Part shown: positions 54,267 through 62,867 of the stretch, in pieces
How positions within the stretch are numbered: the first letter of the stretch is position 1
Layout of the letters: the number at the start of each line of letters is the position of its first letter
From: a virus
Taxonomy: Duplodnaviria > Heunggongvirae > Uroviricota > Caudoviricetes
DNA: 64,000 bases
IMG/VR virus record: IMGVR_UViG_3300035158_000899
Direction: 5' to 3' (one strand)
Notes under the pieces: generated by a model
Seen by the model: only the letters and a program-made list of their open reading frames with translations
Databases searched by the model: none
Told to the model about the DNA's origin: nothing
Made by a program: the position numbers and the translations under genes

Positions 54267-55456
54267 TAAAGGAAAAGAAAGAGAAATATTGGGATTCTAT
54301 TAAAAAGGATATTGAATTACCAGGTTTCAGAAAAGGCCATGTCGATAGAAAAACATATGAAAATAAAGTAGGTTATTTTAATTTATACCATCCCATCGTA
54401 GATGATGTAGTCTTTAGTGCTCTCGAATCAATAAAAGATTTTAGAATTGTTTGTGTTTTAGAAAAGAAAGTTGTTCAATTTTTTGATGACATACCTCTCA
54501 TTGTTAAAGTTTTGGTAGATACAAGGCCAAATGTCAAAATAACAGGTAACTATAAAAATATTGAAATCGAAGTACCCAAAATAAAAGTTATCGATGAGGA
54601 AGTAGATCGTCGTATCAATTCTCTTGTTTATTCAAAGACTCCTGCCAAGCCAATAACTGATAGGCCCACCCAAAAAGGCGATTCCATTAAGATTGATTAC
54701 AAAGGGTTTATAGTCGAGGATAATGCTTGGAGACCATTAGCAGGTTACGAAGCTAAAAATGTGAATTTAGTTTTAGGCAACAATCGCTTAAGTATTATAC
54801 CAGATATTGAAGAGTCAATCGTTGGGATGAAGAAAGATGAGATAAAGACCATTGAGGGAACAATACAAGAAAAACGCGGTAAAGTCGAGGTATGTTTAAA
54901 AGAAATATCAATTAGAGAATTGCCGGAAATCAATGACGAATTAGCGAAGCAATATAAATTCACATCATTGGAAGATATGAAGAGTAAGACAAGAGATGAG
55001 TTAGCACAATTTAAAAAAGCACAAATAGAAGTTGACAAACAAGGAAAGATTATCGATGCGTTGATTAAAGATTGTGAATTTGATTCAATACCAAAGTCAA
55101 TGGTAAGAATGCAAATAGAATCTGCGCTGCAATCAGAATGTAAAAATTTCGGCATGGACGTGAAGAAATTTTTAGAGACAATGAAAATTACCAGGGCTGC
55201 TTATGAAGAAGACCGGTTTGAAGATGCACTACGGCTTGTTAAAGCAAGACTTGCATTAGAAGAATTAGCAGAAAGGGAAAAGATTGGTTGTACAGATGAG
55301 GAGATTGAAAAAGAAATGGGCGAAAATGCGAAGAAGGCCGGTGTTAAACTTGAAGAATACAAGAATAGAGTGAATAAAGATGGTATTGGTAATGATTTGA
55401 AGGTCGGTAAAGCGTTACTTTATTTGAAAGAAAGTGTGAGGTATAAGGAGGTTTAA
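54197..55456 (+). CDS. tig: Trigger factor (ribosome-associated chaperone / FKBP-type PPIase) homologue
   Basis: N-terminal ribosome-binding signature 'LPGFRKGHV' (GFRxGxxP), FKBP region 'VDYKGFIVEDNAW...LVLGNNRLSIIPDIEESIVGMKKDEIKTIEG', and 'IRELPEINDELAKQY' align with E. coli Tig over its full length. Confidence 0.75.
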   Translation: MSDISYEIQSAPTEIKIVEGANVIKEKKEKYWDSIKKDIELPGFRKGHVDRKTYENKVGYFNLYHPIVDDVVFSALESIKDFRIVCVLEKKVVQFFDDIPLIVKVLVDTRPNVKITGNYKNIEIEVPKIKVIDEEVDRRINSLVYSKTPAKPITDRPTQKGDSIKIDYKGFIVEDNAWRPLAGYEAKNVNLVLGNNRLSIIPDIEESIVGMKKDEIKTIEGTIQEKRGKVEVCLKEISIRELPEINDELAKQYKFTSLEDMKSKTRDELAQFKKAQIEVDKQGKIIDALIKDCEFDSIPKSMVRMQIESALQSECKNFGMDVKKFLETMKITRAAYEEDRFEDALRLVKARLALEELAEREKIGCTDEEIEKEMGENAKKAGVKLEEYKNRVNKDGIGNDLKVGKALLYLKESVRYKEV

Positions 55457-56473
55457 TTGATAAAGTTTGGGTCACATCCTTTTCCTGACTTTGACTCAAT
55501 TGTATCCACGTGGCTGTATAAAAGGTTTGTTATAAAAGATGAAGAATACGAATTTTTTATAACAGGCAATGATAAATTAAAAGACGAAGCAGTATTAATC
55601 GATATAGGATTAGGTGAATACGATCATCATCAGTATATAGGCGAATGTAGTAATTGTAACCATCCAATAGAAATACCACATAAAAACCAAATTTGCCCTC
55701 ACTGTAATGAAGTAAAATTAACAAACGCTAATATTGATTTAATCAGCGCCGCACATGTTATAGCAAAAAAACATAGTTTGGATTTTCTTGGTTGCGATAA
55801 TTTGGCAATACGAGCAAATCAAGTAGATAGTGTTATGGTTAATAATATGAAGCCGGGTGATTTGTTTTATGTTATTAGAGGTTTGAATGAAATTTATTCT
55901 CATGGATTTAAAAAAGTATATGAAATTGTATGGAAGATTTTAGATAAAATGCATGAGAAAGGTTATTTTGTTGACGACAAATATGAAGTTGATAACAAAG
56001 TACTGTCCGGACACGAGGACATAGAAGTTATAGAAAAAGCGATAGATACAGGTGCCGAAAAAGAAGCGCAAGTGAAAATTTTAGTAGAAAATTCGTATAA
56101 ATTCACGGCTTTGTTAGAAACAGAAAATGGTAAGAAAGTAAGTGTTCCTGCACTCGCAGCAGAAACAGATTTGAACATGAGTTATAGTTCTCATGGTAAA
56201 GATTTTGTTTTGTATGTTTATAAAAACCCAAGTAATGGCATAGCAGGCTATAACAGTAGAAATCCGGGCAAAGGTGACTTAGGCATACCAGAAGTTGATT
56301 TAACAAATATATACAATACTATTAAAACGATCGAACCAAATGAACGCGCCGAATGGTATTTACATTGGTCAAAGAGGTTACTGTTGTGTGGAAGCAAAAA
56401 AAGAGATTTTGGAAAAGAAAAAGCAACTGAATTATCTTTACAACAACTCATAGAATTGGTGAAGAAAAAATGA
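55457..56473 (+). CDS. DHH-family phosphoesterase (NrnA/GdpP-like) with inserted zinc ribbon
   Basis: 'FGSHPFPDFDSIVSTWL' (H..PD.D..S motifs I-II) and 'LIDIGLGEYDHHQ' (DHH motif III); 'CSNCNH...CPHCNE' ribbon insertion. Confidence 0.5.
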   Translation: MIKFGSHPFPDFDSIVSTWLYKRFVIKDEEYEFFITGNDKLKDEAVLIDIGLGEYDHHQYIGECSNCNHPIEIPHKNQICPHCNEVKLTNANIDLISAAHVIAKKHSLDFLGCDNLAIRANQVDSVMVNNMKPGDLFYVIRGLNEIYSHGFKKVYEIVWKILDKMHEKGYFVDDKYEVDNKVLSGHEDIEVIEKAIDTGAEKEAQVKILVENSYKFTALLETENGKKVSVPALAAETDLNMSYSSHGKDFVLYVYKNPSNGIAGYNSRNPGKGDLGIPEVDLTNIYNTIKTIEPNERAEWYLHWSKRLLLCGSKKRDFGKEKATELSLQQLIELVKKK

Positions 56474-56830
56474 AGTATTTAGTTTTAATTGCATTATTAT
56501 TTTTAAATTGTGGCTCTCGAATAAGTTATGCACCTTGTTATGAAAGAGATTGTAAAACTGCAATGGCAACGTTTAAAAATAGTGTGGGTATGCGTAAAAC
56601 AATTTCAGTGGATACTATTGTTGCCGATGATGGTTCAAGAGTTTTGAAGATAAAATACAAGGAATATTAATGAATTGCATAGACGACAAGCTTAAAAAGT
56701 ACAGCGTTGAAGATGTTAATTGGGATGCAATTAGCGAAAAAATCAATACAGAATTGGAAAAATACAGATGTGAACTTAATAAGAAGTTCGCAAAATCTCA
56801 TGCAACATTAGCTAAAATAATTTTGAATTC

Positions 56831-58171
56831 ATGAAAACGACAATGAATAAAAATACCTGTTATATTTTTGGAAGATGGCTGGGTGATGGTAGTAAAACAA
56901 CAAATGCATTAGAAATTGCGAGAAGTAATAATAATTATGAAAAAAAAAATATGGAACAAATAGCGGTTATGCTTAATACTACATATAAACATTGTAATAA
57001 TTATAGTACAAGATTTCATAGACAACAAAAATTAGTCAATCAATTTAAAATTCTATATAATGTTATAAGCGAGATTCACAATTTTTCTTTTTTAAAATTT
57101 TCAATAAATAGATATTCAATTATAGCAGGTTTTCTTGATTCTGACGGCAGCGTAGATATTCACACGCCAAATGAAACTGGAATAAGCAGTAAAAAAATAA
57201 ATATTGTATTTTATAATAATAATTCGCAAATTTTATATTTTATACAAAGATTGCTGCAGATAGACAACATAACATCAACATATAGTAAATCGTATAATTT
57301 AAAAACAAATGTGGGAACAGATAAATGCAACAGGTTATACATACACGGAAGCTTAGATAATTATTTTATAGCATATAAAATATTACCACATATGTTATGC
57401 AATTTTAAGAAAAAGAGATTACAACAATGGACTCGTGATTACGATCGTTTTTATCAAAAAAAGAAAATAAATATTACCGAAATTTTTCATAGTATAGAAG
57501 GTGAGGGACGCAGAATTGGAGAACCTATTACATTTATAAGAGTATACGGCTGCCCGCATAAATGTTCGTTTTGTGATACCAAATATTCTGTGTGTAAGAG
57601 CAGAAGTACGAGATCAAAACATAGCAGGGATTTAAAAATTGTAATCAATGATATTATTAAATTAGGTAACGTTCAAAATATCGAATTTACAGGAGGTTCC
57701 CCAGATTGGTTCCCAGCAAAAATTGGTTATCTATTGATATATTTTAAAGCACGGTATAACAGTAACATAACTATGCAAGTTAGTGGAGGCATTAAAACAG
57801 ATAAGAGCAATAGATTATTTAAATTGTCTACGTTAAACGCATTTGATTATAAGGACCCAAGGGAGAATATTCCATTCGTTATCGAACCTGAATTGATTCG
57901 TTCACAGGATGAAATTAAATTTTTAATAAAAGATAATTTTAGTTACAATTTTGTAAAAAAGAAGATCCAGGAATTGCAAGCTATTGGTATAAATTGTAAA
58001 ATGATAATAACAACTGTAACAAATAATGGCAACGATATTGTTACAGATCATTTAGAAAAATTGAAAAAATTAACAGAAAAAATATTAACAGATGCAAATT
58101 TTCCTAAAGAAAATGTTAAAATTGCCCCCAGGGAACACGTATTATTATGGGGAAATAAAAAAGGTGTATAG
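56831..58171 (+). CDS. queE: 7-carboxy-7-deazaguanine synthase QueE (radical SAM) carrying an in-frame N-terminal double-motif LAGLIDADG homing-endonuclease domain
   Basis: Residues about 215-446: 'EIFHSIEGEGRRIGEPITFIRVYGCPHKCSFCDTKYS' matches the QueE N-terminus with the Cx3Cx2C cluster. Residues 1-214: 'YIFGRWLGDGS' and 'IIAGFLDSDGSV' LAGLIDADG motifs about 90 aa apart in an extremely AT-rich, Asn/Lys-rich segment. Confidence 0.7.
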   Translation: MKTTMNKNTCYIFGRWLGDGSKTTNALEIARSNNNYEKKNMEQIAVMLNTTYKHCNNYSTRFHRQQKLVNQFKILYNVISEIHNFSFLKFSINRYSIIAGFLDSDGSVDIHTPNETGISSKKINIVFYNNNSQILYFIQRLLQIDNITSTYSKSYNLKTNVGTDKCNRLYIHGSLDNYFIAYKILPHMLCNFKKKRLQQWTRDYDRFYQKKKINITEIFHSIEGEGRRIGEPITFIRVYGCPHKCSFCDTKYSVCKSRSTRSKHSRDLKIVINDIIKLGNVQNIEFTGGSPDWFPAKIGYLLIYFKARYNSNITMQVSGGIKTDKSNRLFKLSTLNAFDYKDPRENIPFVIEPELIRSQDEIKFLIKDNFSYNFVKKKIQELQAIGINCKMIITTVTNNGNDIVTDHLEKLKKLTEKILTDANFPKENVKIAPREHVLLWGNKKGV

Positions 58172-58366
58172 CGTTGTTATTTTTAAACTAGCTTTTTAGA
58201 AGCTGCAGATGCAACAAAAGAGTATAATATGTTAGAGAAGATTCCTTTAATAATCGGCATAATAATAGGTTTACTTATTTTATCTTTACCACCTGTTGAA
58301 AGATTTTCGATTGAATTATTTGAGCAAATTAAAAAAGCAGCATTAAAAGCGAGATAATAAGGAGAT

Positions 58367-59050
58367 ATGATGAAATCAGTAGTGTGTCTTAGTGGCGGCA
58401 TGGACAGTGCAACCATGTTGTGGAGGGCAGCGACAGAAAATGGTGAACTGCACGTAATATCTTTTGATTACAATCAACGTCACAAAATAGAATTGGAGTA
58501 TGCTAAAAAATTATGCGGTAGAGTCAGGAAAGTAGTTGAGCATAAAATAATCAATATAGATATGTCTCAAATAGGTGGTAGCCCTTTAACAGATAAGAGT
58601 ATTGATGTACCAAAAGCTTCTGATAAACAACAGATTAAAACAGTTCAACCGTTTAGAAACACTTTATTCACAGTTCTTGCAGCAGCATATGCTGAAGTTA
58701 ACAGTATTGACACAATTTATCTTTCACCAGTACAGGAAGATTATTTGGCATATCGTGACTGTAGGAAAGAATTTTTTACAGCGTTAGAGCATACTTTAAG
58801 TTTGGGCAGTACATATCCAATTGATTTTCATATAAAGACGCCCTATATTTTTAAAACAAAAAAAGAAGTTTTAGAAGATGGGTTACGCATGGGTGTACCT
58901 TATGAACTTACTTATACTTGTTATGAAGGCGACCCGCAAGGGTTTTGTGGTGAATGTGATGCCTGTAAAGAGCGTATAGATGCTTTTAAACAGATTAGCC
59001 AAAAAGATCCTGCTAAGTATTTGAGGGAGATAGAATGGGAAGATCAATGA
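58367..59050 (+). CDS. queC: 7-cyano-7-deazaguanine (preQ0) synthase QueC
   Basis: 'SVVCLSGGMDSATMLW' PP-loop, 'ISFDYNQRHKIELEYAKKL', and C-terminal Zn site 'CGECDACKERIDAF'. Confidence 0.85.
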   Translation: MMKSVVCLSGGMDSATMLWRAATENGELHVISFDYNQRHKIELEYAKKLCGRVRKVVEHKIINIDMSQIGGSPLTDKSIDVPKASDKQQIKTVQPFRNTLFTVLAAAYAEVNSIDTIYLSPVQEDYLAYRDCRKEFFTALEHTLSLGSTYPIDFHIKTPYIFKTKKEVLEDGLRMGVPYELTYTCYEGDPQGFCGECDACKERIDAFKQISQKDPAKYLREIEWEDQ

Positions 59051-59429
59051 TATTTAAGAATACAATCACGAGTCATTCGCCAAATGCTCCTGCATTGACA
59101 CTAACAAGACGAAGCGTAATAGATCTTGGTGAAAGTTATATAAAGATAACTTGCAGCCGCGGCAGAGTTTATATTTTTTCAAAGGAACGAAAAATACCTC
59201 TTCGGGATTTGATTTGCCCGTGCGGTAGGTATATTGTAAAACATGAGCGATTTTGAGGAAAGAATCCTAAAAGCAATTGATGGCAAAAGGGGTAAGGAAA
59301 GAGAAAAAATTATTCATAGCGAATTGAAATTGTTAGTTAAGGCCGGCCTTGATGACCTCAAAAAGCGCATAAAAAACCGCGCTAAAACAGATTTTCTTGT
59401 TAATTTGCTTCGAAAAAATAAATAGAACC

Positions 59430-60750
59430 TCCGCATTTCTATTAATAGTTTGTTTTTTAACAATCTATTAATAAATATATATAATAAAAATAGATAACGC
59501 TATTATTGATTGATAAAGGTATATTGTGCAGAGAGTAGAACGTCATATAGTTTTAAACAATAGGAATATAGAAAAGCTGTGTACCCTTTCTAAAAACCTT
59601 TATAATGTGGGTAATTATAACATCAGGCAGGAGTTTATAAACAATGGTAATTGGTTGAGATATCAACAATTAGATAAATTACTTAAGGAAACTAAAGATT
59701 ATAAAGCGCTTTCTGCACAAGTAGCTCAACAAGTATTAAGGCTTCTGGATAAAAATTGGATATCATTTTTTGAAGCAAATAAGAGATATAATAGGGATTC
59801 AAAAAAATTTAGAAGCAGACCTAAGTTGCCAAGGTATAAAAATAAAAATACAGGGAAAAATATGGTTGTCTTTACTAAACAAGATGCTAGACTAAAAAAT
59901 GGATTTATTTGTTTCCCAAAAAAAGTTAACCTTGAACCTTTAAAAACAAAAGTAAATAATATTTGTCAAGTTAGAATTGTGCCACAAGCAGTTTGTTATG
60001 TTATTGAAGTTGTTTACAATAAGGAGGCCAAAAATGTAAAATTACAACCGAACACTTATTTGAGTATTGATCTAGGTGTCAATAATTTTGCTACATGTGT
60101 TAACAACATAGGTTTAAAACCTTTTGTTGTAAATGGTAAGATATTAAAATCTATTAATCAATATTTTAATAAGAAAAAAGCTAGGCTAATGTCTTATGTA
60201 AAAGATAAGGGTACTTCTAATAAGGTTGACAAATTGATACATAAACGAAATTGCAAAGTACAAGATTATCTCCATAAGACTTCGAGGTTTATAGTTAATT
60301 ATTGTATTGCGTATAAAATAGGTGTTATTATTGTTGGTAAAAATAAAGATTGGAAGCAAGAAATTGATATGGGAAAAAAGAACAATCAAAATTTTGTTTC
60401 AATACCTTTTGACACTTTAGTAAAACAAATACGGTATAAGGCTGAAGAAGCAGGAATTAAGATAGCTGTTAGTGAAGAATCTTATACTTCTAAATGCAGT
60501 TTTTTAGATTTTGAAAAGGTCAAAAAACAAGTTGAATATTTAGGTAAAAGAATTAAGAGAGGGTTATTTAGGTCAGCGGAAGGTATTTTGATAAATGCAG
60601 ATGTTAATTCTGCTTATAATATTTTAAAAAAAGTAGTTCCAAATGCATTTGCAAATGGAATAGAGGGTGTAGGGTTACATCCAATTGTAATACAATTACA
60701 ATAAAAGATAACCTTAATAATAGTATATTTATCGACAAGGACTTAGCGAT
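59430..60750 (+). mobile_element. IS200/IS605-family insertion sequence of the TnpB-only (IS1341-like) type
   Basis: Contains only a TnpB ORF. The flanking AT-rich ends carry palindromic 'tctattaata(g)' motifs on the left (x2) and 'ttaataatag' on the right. Exact boundaries are uncertain. Confidence 0.6.
59526..60704 (+). CDS. tnpB: IS605 OrfB / TnpB RuvC-like RNA-guided nuclease family protein
   Basis: N-terminal 'NLYNVGNYNIRQEF' helix-turn-helix region, RuvC-I 'LSIDLGVNNFATCV', C-terminal 'NADVNSAYNILKKV' (RuvC-III). The usual CxxC...CxxC zinc finger appears degenerate (a single Cys). Confidence 0.85.
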   Translation: MQRVERHIVLNNRNIEKLCTLSKNLYNVGNYNIRQEFINNGNWLRYQQLDKLLKETKDYKALSAQVAQQVLRLLDKNWISFFEANKRYNRDSKKFRSRPKLPRYKNKNTGKNMVVFTKQDARLKNGFICFPKKVNLEPLKTKVNNICQVRIVPQAVCYVIEVVYNKEAKNVKLQPNTYLSIDLGVNNFATCVNNIGLKPFVVNGKILKSINQYFNKKKARLMSYVKDKGTSNKVDKLIHKRNCKVQDYLHKTSRFIVNYCIAYKIGVIIVGKNKDWKQEIDMGKKNNQNFVSIPFDTLVKQIRYKAEEAGIKIAVSEESYTSKCSFLDFEKVKKQVEYLGKRIKRGLFRSAEGILINADVNSAYNILKKVVPNAFANGIEGVGLHPIVIQLQ

Positions 60751-61220
60751 GGTAAAAGTCAGACGAATTGACCAGCAGGTACCCTCCGAAGAAGAAATAA
60801 TCTATAAGATAAATGATATAGGCGTAGAATCATCTTTGTCACAAAGAATCAATGATGTGCCTGGTGAATTTGAATTGGCCGATGAATTTATTAGAATTGC
60901 TAAAGAAATTAAAAGTAATGAAAAGAAAATCGTAGAGGCTTCAAGAAAACAAAAGTATTCTATTAGAAGAATTGGTACAGCAGTGCCCCAAGGTGAATGT
61001 CAATATAATTTTGAAGAATTGCAGGATGCAGAAAGAATATTAAAATTAGCTAAAGGCTTAGACACCATCGAAGACGATATCATAAACAGTATAGTAAATA
61101 TTAAAACTTATGTTAGATAAGAAGGTTAATATTGGGCGAACAATTGGGCGGAGTATTATTACTTCTCGTGTTGGTAATAGGTGTTGTTATTTTAATAATA
61201 AATGTTAAGGAGAAAAAGGG

Positions 61221-61544
61221 ATGAGTAATGCTAAAAAGCTTAAAAAAATTGCTAAAACAATAAGGGAAAAAGGTTTAAAAGAACAAGCGGGTATATTGGA
61301 AAAAATAGCAGATGAAATATTAATTATAGGCCCAGGTGGAGGGTTCAGGAGAGGTCCACGAATGATGGGTGGACCAGGACCTGAAATGGCAGGAAAAGGC
61401 CGCATGATTGGTACAAGACCTGGTGCAGGTCCCGGAGGCGTTTGCATATGCCCTGAATGTGATTATACTGAGCCCCATGAAGTAGGTGTGCCTTGTTATT
61501 CAAAAAAGTGTCCTAAATGCGGAATACCTTTGGTGAGAGGATAA
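61221..61544 (+). CDS. Small Gly/Pro-rich protein with C-terminal CPEC...CPKCG zinc ribbon
   Basis: Low-complexity 'GPGGGFRRGPRMMGGPGPEMAGKGRMIGTRPGAGPGG' followed by four Cys in a CxxC-x17-CxxC arrangement; SD upstream. Confidence 0.5.
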   Translation: MSNAKKLKKIAKTIREKGLKEQAGILEKIADEILIIGPGGGFRRGPRMMGGPGPEMAGKGRMIGTRPGAGPGGVCICPECDYTEPHEVGVPCYSKKCPKCGIPLVRG

Positions 61545-61548
61545 GAAA

Positions 61549-62097
61549 ATGATGTTCGAAAAAATAAAACCACTATTGACACCTGAAGGTGTTTTACTTT
61601 TAGAGAATGCCGATGAGGCAATCAGATTAGCTATTGTAGCAGAGCAAGACGCGATCAAATTGTATCAATTAATTGCCCAAGCGGTTGAAGATAGGGATAT
61701 TGCAAAAGTTATGTTAGATATTGCTGACGAAGAACAAGTACATGTAGGAGAACTTCAAGAGTTATTAGAACGATTTGATGGTGATGAAAGAGAGTTGATT
61801 GAGAAAGGCAAAGGTGAAGTACGAGAAATGTTAAGTACGGAAATGATTGAACGGCTTATTAAAACAGCGGATGAATTAGAGAAAAAAGGTTATGATAAAT
61901 TAAATGTTTTACTTAAAGAAGCCATAGAAACTAAAGATGTAACGTTTTCTGGTAAAACAAAAGAAGAAATTAACGAACAAATTAAACAGTTAAAAGCAAA
62001 GTATCCTGATTATAAAGTAATTCCTTTAGGCAATTACCGGACAGCGCCTGATGATCCAGAAAAGCGCGAATTAAGAGTTAGATTAGTGAAGGGGTAA
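61549..62097 (+). CDS. Hypothetical protein, possible ferritin-like/rubrerythrin-like four-helix domain
   Basis: Paired helices 'ENADEAIRLAIVAEQDAIKLYQ' and 'IADEEQVHVGELQELL' resemble E...E..H di-iron-site helices. Weak. Confidence 0.25.
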   Translation: MMFEKIKPLLTPEGVLLLENADEAIRLAIVAEQDAIKLYQLIAQAVEDRDIAKVMLDIADEEQVHVGELQELLERFDGDERELIEKGKGEVREMLSTEMIERLIKTADELEKKGYDKLNVLLKEAIETKDVTFSGKTKEEINEQIKQLKAKYPDYKVIPLGNYRTAPDDPEKRELRVRLVKG

Positions 62098-62867
62098 TAT
62101 GGCGATAACAAATTTGTCTTTTACCATAAACGATGGTGCAACTCATACTAACAATTCGATGGTATCTGTTACCATCAGTTTTAATGTAAGCCCTGCTAGC
62201 GACGTATATTGGAAAGTTGCGCAAACAACAAGCGCATTAGCTTCGACGTCTTATGAGTTGTTGGCTTCAAGCGTATCAGGTGATATTGCCGTTACCAAAA
62301 CAACATTCAATAGTGCTTCTATAACAATTAATTCTACAAATACTAACCCTGCTGGTACAACAAAATATTTATATTTACGGTTGAGAGAAGGACTTACTAC
62401 TGAAACCAGCATTGTTTCCGATACAATTGTATATGACGATATAGCACCAACTTTTACTACTAGCGTTACGGAGAGAACATAATGGAAGAAAAAACAAAAC
62501 CACTTCGTAAAAATTGGGATTACGATATAGGCGATTGGCAAGAAAAAGTTAAGAAAAAAAGGAAAATAGCGATAGCAGAAGCAGATGAACCTATGAAGGA
62601 TTACGAATTAAGAATTTTTGGTGATGAAGAAGCTTCTTATGCTGAGATTGAAAATATTATTAATTGGCTTAATGATTATTTTGAAAATGTTTTGGGTCGT
62701 GATATTAATCTTGTTTTAAGCGGAAAACCTTACGAAACAGATAGTGAAGGCGAAATTTATACCGCTAGATTTACTTGTTTTTTACCAATCGAAACTTTAA
62801 ACAAAATTTTTGAAACAACTTTTAGACAATATGATTTTGAAGTTATACCAAAGTAAGGATATAATAA

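Noticed and set aside
56831-57475. Intein interpretation of the LAGLIDADG segment in QueE
   Set aside because: No N-extein: the segment begins at the ORF start, which overlaps the stop of an unrelated upstream ORF. No recognisable intein splicing blocks (N-terminal Cys/Ser, TxxH, terminal HN plus nucleophile) flank the LAGLIDADG motifs. A fused or free-standing homing endonuclease is more consistent.
61205-61447. Minus-strand ORF encoding a Pro/Gly-rich peptide
   Set aside because: It is the reverse-complement reading of the Gly/Pro codon run in the + strand gene 61221-61544, where GGN/CCN codons are palindromic in effect. The + strand gene has an SD and a zinc ribbon.
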